Both the position numbers and the translations under genes were made by a program. Positions 39,776 to 53,306 of a stretch of 64,000 nt of DNA are shown here, piece after piece. Location: assembly GCF_006345805.1 (NCBI RefSeq), contig NC_043000.1, positions 5,270,001 to 5,334,000 of the forward strand. Direction: 5' to 3'. Source of the stretch: Octopus sinensis. Lineage: Eukaryota. Each line of letters starts with the position of its first letter. Positions within the stretch are counted from its first letter, which is position 1. The notes below the pieces were generated by a model. The model made no database searches and was not told the origin of the DNA. It saw only the letters and a list, made by a program, of their open reading frames with translations.

Positions 39776-40967
39776 GTGGGCCTTATCTGAACTTTGGTAG
39801 AGTATCAATAATTATTAGCAACCAAGATATCTCCAGACCATGAAGAGAAGTACTGGTCACTGGATTGTGATCCTAGCTATGTTAAAGATGTGCTCTTGTA
39901 CTTCCTTACAATCAAGAGATAAGCACCCTAACCACTGAGCTGCATGTCTTCAGTGATAGTGAAACCCAACAAGTGGAGTGACTTCAAGGGTTCTTGTCAA
40001 TAACTGATCATGATTAAGTAGGGTGTAGTGTGATGATGTTTTGGTTACTGGTTGTCCTCAAGAAAAGATGTAATGATCATGACAGGGGTTCTTTGATCCT
40101 ATGTGTGCATAATGAGGGCTGATGAGGGACAAAACAACAACAATATTTTTGGTTGTTTGACACTTGAAAATAATATTTTTTTTTGCTATTGCTGTTTAAC
40201 CTTGGGTAAGCCTTGGTTGAAGAGATCTATGTTCAAAGACACTCCAGCCTTAACTGCCCTGTTTTTCTTGTTCTTAAAATCCTGTATTTGACAATACATA
40301 TCTATGTCTTGCCTTTTGTTTCAAGATTGTAAGTCATATGATTTGAGGACAGTTTAGCTGCTATTTCTAACAATCAATATAACTGCATAAAAGCTGATGT
40401 ATCTGTCCTCATTGATAATCATTTTTGATTTAAGTGTGATAATTTTCACAGGGGATATGTTAGTGCACTCTCCCCCATCAAGTGTGATAATTTTCATGGG
40501 GGATAGGTTAGTGCCCTCTCCCCCATCAGCTAACACAGTTACTTCTTTGTAACTGGAACCAGAGACTGATAACAAAGTCAAAGTTGACTGTAATAATTTG
40601 AGACTTCCTTCTTGAATGGCTTTCTATTAATCTCAAGATAGATAGGAGCCATCTGAATTCAGTAAAGCCAATTAAGAAAATGTTCATTATTTATGAAGAA
40701 GTCATTTCACTGCTTACAGCAGAAAAGTTGCACATACAACCTGCTATCATTTTACAGCTTTGGAGACTGGATATATCAGAATTGTCTTGTTCGTAGCCAA
40801 TTTGCAGTTCTGCTGATGGGATTAATATGAATCATCGACCCATCTGTAGCATGTATCTGATTAACTCATTCATATCTGGTTGTCAAAAACAAAACTAAGA
40901 AATTTTCAATTTAGCAGAGGCAATTAGTTTAAATGATATTATAGATCATTCTTTATCAGCTTTATAA

Positions 40968-41170
40968 GGCGGCAAGCTGGCATAATCATTACTGCACAAG
41001 CATTTTCTCTGTCTTTGTGTTCTGAGTTCAAATATTGCCGGGGTCGATTTTGCCCTTTACCTTTTCGGGGTTGATGTACCAATCAAGCACTAATTGAACT
41101 TTGGGGGTCAATGTAATCAACTTGACCCCTCCTTCACCAAATTTTAGGCCTTGTGCCTAAAGTAGAAAGG
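40968..41170 (+). mobile_element. Family C SINE (tail type 1)
   Basis: ggcggcaagctggca, gagttcaaat, aggccttgtgcctaaagtagaaagg. Confidence 0.8.
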
Positions 41171-41397
41171 ACTCTTTACCAGCTTTGTTTCGGTGCAGGA
41201 AAATTTAATTCTATCATTTAGCAAATTTGAAACAACTAATATTAAGACATAACACAAAACATTTGTTATATACCTGTTGATTCATGTACGAGAACACCAC
41301 AAAATACATGAAGATGAGCAAGTCAATACAAATAACATTTTGATTGGTGAAATCAAATTTAAATTTTCCCATACCCATCAGTATAATAATAATAATG

Positions 41398-41468
<71 letters not shown>

Positions 41469-42031
41469 TCGGATATAGTCCAATCCTTTGTCAGCTATTT
41501 TTTGGCTCCATGTGATGTCTTTGTTTCCGATGTTTGTGGATAGATTTCGGAGCACTGTTCAGCAAAAGAGAATAATAAAGTAAGTACTGAGATGAATTTT
41601 TTCACCTAAAACCCTTCAGGGAGGTGCTCCAGCATGACCACCCACAGTTCAATGAATGAAGCAAGTAAAAGATAAACAGTAAAAAGTAAAGTGCAGCCTA
41701 TAAATTTGTCCCTTTCAAAACCCCTGGACTAAATAGATATACTTGACTGATATGCATTTTATCAAACTTGGAAGAAAGCATGAATGGGAAAGTTGGTCTG
41801 GACAGGATTTGAACTCAGAACGTAAGACATATGTGTGACTAAGTAGCACAAAACACAAATCAGTTTGTCTGGTATTGTACTAATTCTGTCATCTACTGGC
41901 ATTAATAATGATCAATATTGATTAGTTATAGGAGTGATGTTCTCATGTACTCTTTCATAGAAGACCCTCAGAAAAGGCACACACATGCACATATATATAT
42001 GAATGTATGTATAAATGCGTATGTACGTGTA

Positions 42032-42525
<494 letters not shown>

Positions 42526-42924
42526 CCGTTCATTTTGTTTGCTGTTTCTTTTCTTGCCTTTGAATGTGATCTACAGATTTATTGATTGGTCAAATCACTT
42601 AATGGCAGGGAGAACTCATTAAAATCGCCACATTAGCATATTCTATTTAATGCAAGCATAAAGGAACCGAAGAAACCAGTTGCACCAAGTAACATACCTT
42701 AAACCCTGCAAACCTACCTAATATTCCGCCACACCACCTTATGCCTCACCCTTCTCCTAAACAACCACTACCACCACCATCAAATTCAGCACAACCAACA
42801 ACAACAATTATCATTATTATTATTATTATTAATCATGGTGTACATGAATGTTTTATATTCGGAATCAATGTCCTTGATACCAGGTCACCATCAACATTAT
42901 TGTTATCATTCTTATAAAAGAAAT

Positions 42925-43355
42925 CATTATTATTATTGAGTGAGAGAGCAACACATGCCATCAAAGTGACATTGGGGTATAAATATACGAAGCCCAATAT
43001 ACCCATCAAGACTATACGTCTGATAAGGGTACACAAGGCACATGCATCACAACCATATGTGCGTGACATGGTGATTTCATATCAAGATAGACAGCACATG
43101 ATCTTGTAGGTGGGGCCCAGTTAGAATTTTATTCTGGTCGAGTAACCCATCCCGCTCAAAAGGTCTCTGAATAAGGGTTGGTTAAGGATGATGAACGAAT
43201 CACCCATGTTTCCAGAGATGAATTATTCAAACCCCAAAGAATTCCTCTCAACACATGGCTATGATGCTCTCCCACTATTCCTGCTCATGATCAGAGATGC
43301 ACATATTGTCATCCACCCAGGGACATGCTCAACTGGTTAAGGTCAAACAACTGAA
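42925..43355 (-). mobile_element. Probable retroposon 3' portion with (AAT)n tail, unclassified
   Basis: GC-richer block ending (minus strand) in ctctctcactc(aat)n; single copy in window. Confidence 0.4.
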
Positions 43356-43430
43356 GGGTCAACATAATCGACTTTTTTGCAGGCCTTGTGCCAAAATAAG
43401 GAAGAATTAGTATTATTGTTATTGTTGTTG

Positions 43431-43468
<38 letters not shown>

Positions 43469-43472
43469 GTTA

Positions 43473-43681
43473 AGGCTGCGAGCTGGCAGGATCGTTAGCA
43501 TGCCGGGCAAACATGCTTAGCAGCATTTTGTCTGCTGTTATGCTCTGAGTTCAAATTCCGCTGAGGTCAACTTTGCCTTTCATCCTTTCGAGATCAATAA
43601 GTCAAGTACCAGTTGAGTACTGGGGTCGATGTAATCGATTACCCCCTTCCCCAAAATTTCAGGCCTTGTGCCTATAATAGA

Positions 43682-43685
<4 letters not shown>
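43473..43685 (+). mobile_element. Family C SINE between (TTA)n runs
   Basis: Full head, core and type-1 tail. Confidence 0.9.
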
Positions 43686-43746
<61 letters not shown>

Positions 43747-43748
43747 TC

Positions 43749-44361
43749 ACTCAGTAGTCTTATTTTTATCATGTGCTTTCACTGCACTACCAAGCGCAGC
43801 TCCGTGTGCCTTGGGTATGTGCTGTGGTTTGTTGTGATGCTCTTATTTTTACTGTATTGAAAGTGCTTTACGTAGGATGTGTGTGGTGCCTAGTAGTGCT
43901 ATTTCTTTTTGTATATTATATATACTTGCTAGTCCTGGTGTTTTTGTTATGTATTTGTCTGAATATTTTTTAATCATGCTTAATGTGCCTACTAAGATAG
44001 GAATTGTTTCTGTTTTCAGATTCCACATTCTGGTTACCTCTATTTCCAGGTCTTTGTATTTTGAAAGTTTCTCCATTTATTTTAAGGAAACATTGTCATC
44101 TGTTGGTATTGATGCATTAATTAGAAAACATTTTTTTTCTTGATCTCTGACAACTATATCCGGCCTATTGGCCTTAATTTCTCTACCTGTGTGTATTAGT
44201 AGATGCCAAAGTATGGTTGCTTTCTCATTTTCTGTGACCTTTTCTGGTGTGTGCCTATACCATCTTTCTTCTGTTTCTGTTCCATAGTGTTGGCACAGCT
44301 TCTCGTGTATGTAGCTTCCAACTCTGTCATGTATGTGAATATATTCCTTCTTAGCCAGGAC
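43749..44361 (-). mobile_element. 5'-truncated R4/Dong-like RLE LINE (restriction-like endonuclease end, pseudogenized) in (TAA)n
   Basis: Minus strand ..HDRVG..ILW..IHTGREIKANRPDIVV..FLINASIP..*MEKLSKYKDLEIEVTRMW..ALLGTTHILRK; PD..D(here N)..K-type motif; (tta)n on both sides. Confidence 0.9.
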
Positions 44362-44411
<50 letters not shown>

Positions 44412-44414
44412 CAC

Positions 44415-44813
44415 TCTTTACTCTTTTACTCTTTTACTCTTTTACTTGTTTCAGTCATTTGACAGTGGCCATGCTGGAGCACCGCCTTTAGTCGAGCAAA
44501 TCGATCCCAGGACTTATTCTTTGTAAGCCTAATATTTATTCTATCGATCTCTTTTGCCAAACCGTTAAGTTATGGCGATGTAAACACACCAGCATCGGTT
44601 GTCAAGGGGGGACAAACACAGACACACACATACATATATATACATATATATCATGGGCTTCTTTCAGTTTTCGTCTAACAAGTCCACTTACAAGGCTTTG
44701 GTCGACCTGAGGCTATATTAGAAGACACTTGCCCAAGGTGCCACGCAGTGGGACTGAACCCGGAACCATGTGGTTGGTAAACAAATTTCTTACCACACAG
44801 TCACTCCTACACC
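44415..44813 (-). mobile_element. Family A SINE, full-length
   Basis: (ctctttta)n tail to accacacagtcactcc head. Confidence 0.9.
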
Positions 44814-45274
44814 TTATTATTATTATTATTATCATTCTCCTCATCATCTCTGTAAATATTACCACCCTCATAGCAACACAGAAATCCCAGTTATCATCAA
44901 TCATTATCATTCTTTAGTATGATGTAGATCAATCACCAGGGAATTGTTAAAAAAGGAAGAAGAGAATAACAGGTCTTTTAGCGATATTTATCAAATTCTT
45001 CTTATCATTCAGATAATTTGTGAATATTTCATAGAATGCTCTATCAACAGAGGGTGACGTTTAAAGCCTTTATGTATGGTGGGATGTGAAATATTTGCTT
45101 ATCAAGCAAGGTATGTTTGTTCAGTCAGTACCAGAGCAGAGCAGAGATTCAATTTCATGTTTGCTGAGTATATAATACGTGAACAGAGCACTAAACATGA
45201 ATATGCACATGTACACACACACACACACACACACACACACCACACGCTACACACAATGCCACATACACATACAC

Positions 45275-45284
45275 TGAGAGAGAG

Positions 45285-45334
<50 letters not shown>

Positions 45335-45783
45335 CCTCATGAAAAACACACCTTTTAAAAAGAAGGTAATGCCAATTAGAAGAAACATGCCAGAAAGTTT
45401 GGTGTAAAACTGTAGGAAATCTAAATGGGAATATGAATTGTTAATGGAGTTAGTTTTATTGTATGTGTATATATATATACATATGTATGCATATAAACAT
45501 ATGTGTAGATATGTGTGTGTATGTGTGTGTGTGTGTGTGTGTGGTGTACATACAAAGAGAGAAAGATAGATAGATAGATAGATAGACAGGTAGACAAACA
45601 GATAGACAAATATATATACATATATATACATATACATACATATACATACATATATATATACATATATATACATATACATATACATACACATATATATATA
45701 CATATATACATATATATACATATACATATATATACATATACATATACTATTATATATATACATATATACAGACATATACAGAC

Positions 45784-45833
<50 letters not shown>

Positions 45834-45835
45834 TT
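45275..45835. repeat. (GA)n, (TG)n, (GATA)n and (TA)n microsatellite cluster
   Basis: Directly visible. Confidence 0.9.
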
Positions 45836-46594
45836 ATGTTATATATGTATGTATGTAGATTCTTCTCTTCCTCTTTTTTATTTAGAGCAAATTTTGACCA
45901 ACCATCTACTTGGTAGCAAGGTTCTTTGTCTTCTCTCGTCTCTCTTACTTTTTTGTAATGTTTGATTTTTTTTTATTCCATATTAATTCGAGCAATACAT
46001 TAGCATCGGTGCACCACACCGTATTGTTATCATGTTATATCACAATTAGAGAGATGTTAACTGCCAGCTAAATTCTAATGTCAGCCAACAGACTGCTTGA
46101 CAACAGCAATAGCTTTACCTTCTTCAGAAAAGTAAAACTTGAGTCAGAGATTCTATTCTTATCTTCCTTCACTAAGCAATTTTACAACAATCCTTTATAC
46201 TAACATTTCATACACTAAGTATGTGAGAAAGAAACAGAAAAAATATACACAAACATTGTTCTTCCTCTTTATATCTCTAAACTGTAGAAGACTTTTGTTT
46301 TCCATCTATATTCAAATTATTTAACATGATTGTTCATTTTCTTCGTTAAAAAGTGATATCGGTAAAGTTATAGATAGAGTGTTATTAATTAAAGATTAAC
46401 TCATTAACCTTTTGACTGCAAAATTAAATTTCATGGTTATTCCAGTAAAAATTTTAACTATCTACCAAAATGTAGAATTGGTATTTTCTGCAAATCACAT
46501 TGCCTTAATAAACTTGACATATTTTAAAAAAATAGTTTCAGACATGACATTCCACAAGAAAAGATAGATTGGTATATAAAAGTACTTTCTGCAA

Positions 46595-47096
46595 TTAACA
46601 CTGTAGCATTTAAATCAGGTATATCTAGCCCAAATATTTTACCTGCTCTGTGTTCAAACCAACCAGATCCAGTTTCCTAACACCTGTCCTAAAAATGAAC
46701 AATCACATCATAGAAATCTCAAAGCTTCAAGATAATGCACTGTTAATTGAAAACAATGTGACCAAGAGCACTCAAAGAGTACAAACCTCCATCAAGGCAA
46801 CACCAATCAATGATTAACCAGAGATGATTTTTAAAATGAGAATGTCTGAAATAAACTTGACTACTCTTACAAACGCAAAACTAAAAATGAACCCGACCGC
46901 TCTCAAAAGTTAGGTAAAAAAAAAACAGAACAATAATCCAGAATCCTTGTCCAGTACCTGATCAATCCCAAAATCTAATCAGTTCCTGCCAGTCATGAGA
47001 GATATCTTGTCCAAGGACAAAATACAAACAAAACTGAAAACAATACCTTGAATAAACATTACATTTGACAGGATAAACTGAATGTTAAGGGGTTGA
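46595..47096 (+). mobile_element. piggyBac-like MITE interrupted by an internally deleted HINE copy (46763-47048)
   Basis: Outer parts join to give the 35055-35280 sequence; inner part matches 7196-7558. Confidence 0.7.
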
Positions 47097-47271
47097 GGGT
47101 AATGAAATTTTGGGTGTATATATCTGATTTCTGCAGTAAAAGGGCTAAACTTTGGTTTTTGATTATACACCTAGATAAGGTGTTTGAGAACTTTGTTTCA
47201 ATGAAATAAGAAGTATTTCGTTGAAGTAATAGTACTGCTTGTAGTTTGAAAATATCATATACTATAGAAAG

Positions 47272-47485
47272 GTAGTGAGCTGACAGAATCATTAGCACTC
47301 TGGAGAAAATGCTTAGTGGTATTTCACCTGTCTTTACGGTCTGTATTCAAACTCTGTCAAGGTGTGCTTCGTCTTTCATCCTTTTGGCGTTGATAAAATA
47401 AGTACCAATTGAACACCGCAGATGATATAATTGACTTACTCCCTCTCCTAAAATTGTTATCTTTGTGTCAAAATTTGAGATCATA
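47272..47485 (+). mobile_element. Family C SINE, diverged
   Basis: ggtagtgagctgacagaatcattagc, ctttcatcc, taagtacc. Confidence 0.75.
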
Positions 47486-47639
47486 ATATACTATAGAATA
47501 TATAATTAGAAACAGCATATATTTGTTTCATTAGGGGCTTTAAAACATCCATAAAAATTGCTGTGTATTTTTGAGTACACTGAGCCATAGGTGGTTCCTG
47601 AAGAGCACAATTTTAGAAGAAAAGGAAAATATTGTTTCT

Positions 47640-48275
47640 CTTTCTCTTTTACAAGTTTCAGTTATTGGACTGCAGCCATTGTGAGGCACCATCTTGAAGG
47701 ATCCAGTCAAACAAATTGACCCCAGTACTTTGTTTTTTAATGTCAGGTATTAATTCTATCAGTCACCTTTGTCTGTTAAGTTATGGGGGTGGTAAATCAA
47801 CACCAGTTTTCAAATGATGGTAGGGAACAAACACAAACATAACGATGCACACAGATATAAACATTATATATGATGGGCTTCTTTCAGTTTCCATCTACCA
47901 AGTCCTCTCACATAGCTTTGGTTGGCCCAGAGTAATCATAGTAGATATTTATTTCTTTATTACCCACAAGGGGCTAAACATAGAGGGGAGAAACACAGAC
48001 AGACAAAGGTATTAAGTCAATTACATCAACCCCTGTGTGCAACTGGTACTTAATTTATCAACCCTGAAAGGATGAAAGACAAAGTCGACCTCGGCAGAAT
48101 TTGAACTCAGAACGTAACAGCAGACGAAATACCACTAAGCATTTCTGCTAACGTTTCTGCCAGCTCACTGCCTTTAGCATAGTAGATACTTCCTCACGAT
48201 ACCACACAGTGGGACTGAACTTGGAACCATGTGGTTGTGAAGCAAATTCCTTAACACAGAGCCACACCTGCACCT
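47640..48275 (-). mobile_element. Family A SINE interrupted by family C (47948-48174) with an 11-bp TSD
   Basis: catagtagata at 47937 and 48178. Confidence 0.85.
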
Positions 48276-48928
48276 ATATGATAACAATTTTTCAATACAG
48301 TTGAAAAATGTCTCATGATATGAGTTCAAAACTAAAGAGGAATTTTATGGATATATTCCACCTATCGTTACTACTGTTGCTCAAAGCAAGGCCTGCCTTA
48401 CTGACCACTGCTATCTTCCTCAACTTCATGTCACATATTATATTCTGGAGGCTTCTGCCCCCCCCCCCCCCAGCAGATGATGAAGACACTCAATTAAATT
48501 GAAGTTACTGGCAGAGACACACACAACATGAAATTGAAGATCTCTGAAAGTAAATAGGAGACAGAGATTCCTGTTGCAGCATGCAGCATAGCAAGATGCA
48601 TCTCAATTGCAGCTGCAGCTACCTGAACAGGTAGAATGCCATTTAACCACATATGGGAATTGAAACTATGTCTCAGGCTAAGCTCATCACCTGTTCACTT
48701 TTTAATTCACACACCTTTTTTTTTGTTTTTGTTTGTTTGTTTGTTTTCTGTACGCACAGGCATGCGGTTAGGAAGCTGGTTTTTGTAACCACATGTTTTT
48801 CAGGTTCAGTCCTACCATACAGCGTCTTACATTTGGCAAGTGTCTTCTACAATACCCTGGGGGCCAACTAAAGCCTTGTGAGTAAATTTGGTTGACAGAA
48901 ATTGTGTGAAAGCCCACTGTATATATAT

Positions 48929-49170
48929 CGCCATGTTGATTCGCTAGCCTCTGCATGCATATTTTTTTTTTCTCTCCTTCTTTCTGTGTTTTTTCTCTGT
49001 GTATCTTTCTGTTGAAGAGCGTAGGCTCGAAACGTTAAAGACTTGTTTTATTTATATTTCCTGAGCGCCATACTAATACAATTGTTTGTTTGTATTTCAC
49101 CTGCCTTCGTCTTTTGTTTATTTCTGTAAACCTGCCTTCGTCTTTTGTCTATTTTCATAAAGCTTCCCGT
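48929..49170 (+). mobile_element. Penelope-like terminal-repeat fragment inserted in the (TA)n of a family A head (48765-48920)
   Basis: Contains a minimal hammerhead motif; pyrimidine-rich; 31-bp tandem duplication at 49100-49161; TA flanks. Confidence 0.6.
49004..49041 (+). ncRNA. Minimal type I hammerhead ribozyme motif, variant core CUGUUGA
   Basis: tcttt-CTGTTGA-a-gagc-gtag-gctc-GAAA-cgtt-aaaga: stem I tcttt/aaaga, stem II gagc/gctc, palindromic stem III acgt. Confidence 0.65.
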
Positions 49171-49248
<78 letters not shown>

Positions 49249-49289
49249 ATATATATATATATATATATGTACCCATCAAGTTGAGCAAA

Positions 49290-49490
49290 ACGACAGTCAT
49301 GACAGATACCGGTGCCATGCAAATGGCACCTGTGGTGGTGGCACATAAAAGTACCCATCACACTTTCAAAGTGGTTAGCATTATGAAGGGCAACCAGCCA
49401 CAGAAACCATACCTTTTCAGACTGGAGTTTGGTACAGCCTTCCAGCTTACCAGCATGGACAACAGATGTTAAATGATGATGATGATAATG
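49290..49490 (+). mobile_element. Family B copy, diverged, between (TA)n
   Basis: ggtggcacataaaa..gaagggcaaccagcc..tgttaaatgatgat. Confidence 0.7.
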
Positions 49491-49679
49491 ATATATATAT
49501 AGTATGGAGATAGAATTACAACCCAAACTGTATCCATGTGAAGCATATTTGCATATTCCAGTACTCCAAAATAGTATATATTATTTGAAGAATTTCTAAT
49601 ATAAGCCATCTTACATGTTTTTCATAACACAAGAAGTAAAAGGGATTAATATATATGTATATATGTGTGTATGTATTTG

Positions 49680-50140
49680 TGTTTGTGTTTTTCCCCCTGC
49701 AAACCCCTTAACAGCCGGTGTGGGTTTGTTTATTACCCTGTAATTTAGTGGCTTAGCTAAAAGGAATGATATATATTTCCTTACTACCCACAAGGGGCTA
49801 AACACAGAGGGGACAAACAGGGACAGACAAACGGATTAAGTCGATTACATCGACCCCTGTGCATAACTGGTATTTAATTTATCGACCCCGAAAGGATGAA
49901 AGGCAAAGTCAACTTTGGCGGAATTTGAACTCGGAACGTAACAGCAGATGAAATAAGGCTACGCATTTCGCCCGGCGTGCTAACATTCCTGCCAGCTTGC
50001 CGCCTTAGCTAAAGGGAATGATAAAGTGAGTATCAAGCTTAATAAAAGTAAATAAGTACTGGGGTCAAGTTGTTTGACCAAACTCTACAAGACAGTGCCT
50101 CAGAATGGCCACAGTCCAATCACTGAAACTGGTAAAAGAG
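49680..50140 (+). mobile_element. Family A 3' module interrupted by family C (49775-50005, -) with a ~19-bp TSD
   Basis: ttagctaaaaggaatgata (49753) and ttagctaaagggaatgata (50005). Confidence 0.85.
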
Positions 50141-50362
50141 AACGATAAAATATACACCTTGAATTTGATTTAAAGGATCACATAAGTGAAATTTACTGTT
50201 AAACAACCAGGTAAATATTTTATTTGTTTACCAGCACATGCATTTTGAGTGCAGTTCCATGGCAGGAGCTGTGTGCACCTTTTGTATCTGTGTAGAATGT
50301 TTAGTGTCCGGTACATTTCATTTAAATTAGCCAACAATTAGCCAATGCAAGAACCTCTACAT

Positions 50363-50684
50363 CAATGTTTCTCAACTAGGTTCCATATGGCCCCTGAGGG
50401 TTCTTATAAGAGTTTTGGGGGTCCACATAACAAAGTAGTAAATTGGGTATCCACAATAGTATTTTAAGGACCCCTGAAAAAATTCTGCTTTAGATGTATG
50501 TATTGGTATGTGTTTGAAGAAACAGCTAGGTTTCTTACTCAAAGGTTTTACATAGTCCAGCCTACACAATTTAATATGTAAAATACAAAATAGGAATTTT
50601 AAAAGAAGTGTCTATAAAACTAGTTTTTAAACATCAAAACAATAATCAAAGGGGTCCATAGATAAAAATGGTTGAGAACCCTTA
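50363..50684. mobile_element. hAT/Charlie-like MITE
   Basis: TIR-like ends caatgtttctcaac...gttgagaaccctta; internal ggggtcca repeats. Confidence 0.7.
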
Positions 50685-50999
50685 TTTGGGTTCCTCAAAC
50701 AGCAAACAGTCTGCCATAATGGGTAGCAAGTGGTGTGTCAAATTATTTTGAAAATTTAACTTGCAGCTTTAAAAACTCTTAATTATTGTTATGATGTCTT
50801 GGAAAACACGTTACTCAAAATTTTGTTGATGCCTTAACATGCTTTAACTAGGGTCCTGAAGTCATTGATGGAGCCATCAGATGGGCTACTATTATGACAA
50901 ATGGTGTGTTTCGGGCATTTTGTGACATGAGGGAGCTTATCCTTCTCCATGTCTGTTTTTGTTTTTTTTTTTGAGAAAGTGACAGACAGACAGACAAGT

Positions 51000-51412
51000 A
51001 ATAAGAATCACAGAAATAGAATAATTACTCTCAATATTTAACTGGTACTTTATACATCGACCCCAAAAGGATGAAGGTCAATGTTGATCTCAGTGGGATT
51101 TGAACTCTAAGTACAGAGATCCAGAACAGTTACTTCTAAGCAATCTGTCCAATGCTCTAACTACTTTTCTAGTTGGCCATCTTCAATTTTATTACATAAA
51201 ATATAAGGCAGTGAGCTAGCAGAACCATTAGCATGTTGGTTGAATTGCTGAATGGCTCTCCACATTTTCTGTTCAAATTCCAGTAAGGCTGACTTTGCCT
51301 TTCATTCTTTCCAGTTGGATAAAGTAAAGTACCAGTTGAGCAATAGGATCAATGTAATCAACTTAGGACCGCCCCTAAAATTGCTGGCCTTGTGCCAAAA
51401 TTTGAAACCATT
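51000..51412. mobile_element. Two diverged family C SINEs head-to-head (-, then +)
   Basis: aaaggatgaa..atttgaactc (51060-51110) versus gttcaaattcc..gactttgcctttcattc (51270-51310). Confidence 0.7.
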
Positions 51413-51664
51413 ATATTTGAAACCAAGCACAATAAATGAAATGAGATTTGCAATTGTTTCTAATTTTAATTCTAATGTATATCGTTAAAACATTGTTTTT
51501 TTTCAACTTTCCATATGAAAAGCTCAAGTAGTGTTTTAGCTAATCTTCAGAGTGCCATTAGGTAAAAAAAAAAAAAATACTGAACACCACTGCGTGACCT
51601 GCAAGAAAGAGCAACTACATTACATCAAAAGGAAGAACACACATGGTCTTGTTCTGACTACATC

Positions 51665-51734
51665 TGTCTGGCCATAACTAGAACTCTTTTGATAATAGGC
51701 CTGCCTGACCTGAAGGCTAAACAACAACAATGGC

Positions 51735-51769
<35 letters not shown>

Positions 51770-51980
51770 CTAACGGTCAGTAAGCTGTGGATAAGTCTCG
51801 GCATGGTTGCTTGACTTGCTAGAAATAGAAACCAAATCTTCCTCAAATCAAAACCTCTAACATCTGAAAAATGGAAGGATACACATATTAGAAAATGTAG
51901 TCCTGAATATTATGTCTGAATAAAAGGCTACAACTCTTTGGATCCAAGTTTCATTCGGGGATGACATAGAGTTGAAATAA
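51665..51980 (+). mobile_element. Family F: tail fragment with (AAC)n followed by a diverged copy
   Basis: ctgacctgaaggctaa(aca)n; gacttgctagaaatag..caaatcttcctcaaatc. Confidence 0.6.
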
Positions 51981-53259
51981 TAGTGTCATCATCATCATTA
52001 TCATCATCAACAACGACAACAACATCAACAACATGTAGTTGTCATGAGAAGATACCAGACCCTATAGGAAGGTTACAGGTGATCGACTAGCATCCATCTT
52101 ATATGCAGAGATATTCAAATCACCTCTGCTCAACACTTCACGTAATCCCTGTGTCTCCAAAAGCTCCTTAAGAGATTAGAATACACCAAGGATATATACA
52201 AAAATGAATTTAAAACTTTTTAATACCAACCTGCCTGAGACCATCACTTGTTTTTGATACAAACTTCTTTTGAATTAAAATTGTCTAAATTAAAACCTTC
52301 TATCAAAATCTCATGTTATGCACCAAACACCAGCTTAACAACAAAGTGACGAAGTTGTTTTACTTAATTCTTCACTATTTTTAAAATTAACTGAAACAGG
52401 CAGAGTATTTCAACAAAAGAATGGTAAAGAAAGCATCAAAGTGGGCTTCTGATTACATTCAAGGAATATGGTATGAAAAGGTGAGAGTTGGCTTTTGCTT
52501 ACAGTCATTATTTCAACATATACACCTACCGATAAGAACCAGTTGAATACCAGGGTCAGTGTAATTGACTTACTACTCCTGAGAATGAGTACAAGACAAA
52601 AACCTACATCCGTCTGCCAAGCCACAGCAAGCCAGTGTGACAAAGCAGATTCATCAAACCAGTATAATCCCAAGCTTGAATGCATGCCTGCACACCAGAC
52701 CAGGGTTGGTGGAGAGAACAGCCTGAGGCCTTCATCCTGTAGTAGATTGAACATGAACAACCAAATCCAATATGCACCTACTCATTAATATACATTTATG
52801 TATATTTGAAAGTGATATATCTGCTTCTGGATATGGTTTGCTCTTTGCTCTATGTCTTGGTGTTTCTAAGAACAGAATGGGGAATTAGATGCTTTGCTAT
52901 CTTCTCTAGATAAACATAAAGACCATTATATATATGTTTATGGATGAGAGAAAATAATTAATTGCAATGTTTATATTTTGCCCCAGTGGTGTTTTTGCAG
53001 CAGAATCGAAATGAAATGCTTTCGACCAAGGATCAAAGCTTAGTTGTGGACTCATGCACCAGGAGCTAGGTTTATGCTCTGGAATACTCAAGATCAGGTA
53101 TGGCTGTATGGTCAAGAAGTTCACTTCTCAATGATGTGGATTTTAGGTTCAGTTCCACAGCACAGCACCTTCAGCAAGACTCTTTCACTGTAGCCTCAGG
53201 CCAATCCAAGCCTTGTGAATGAATTTGATAGAATTGAAATTCAAAGTAAATCATCATAT

Positions 53260-53306
<47 letters not shown>

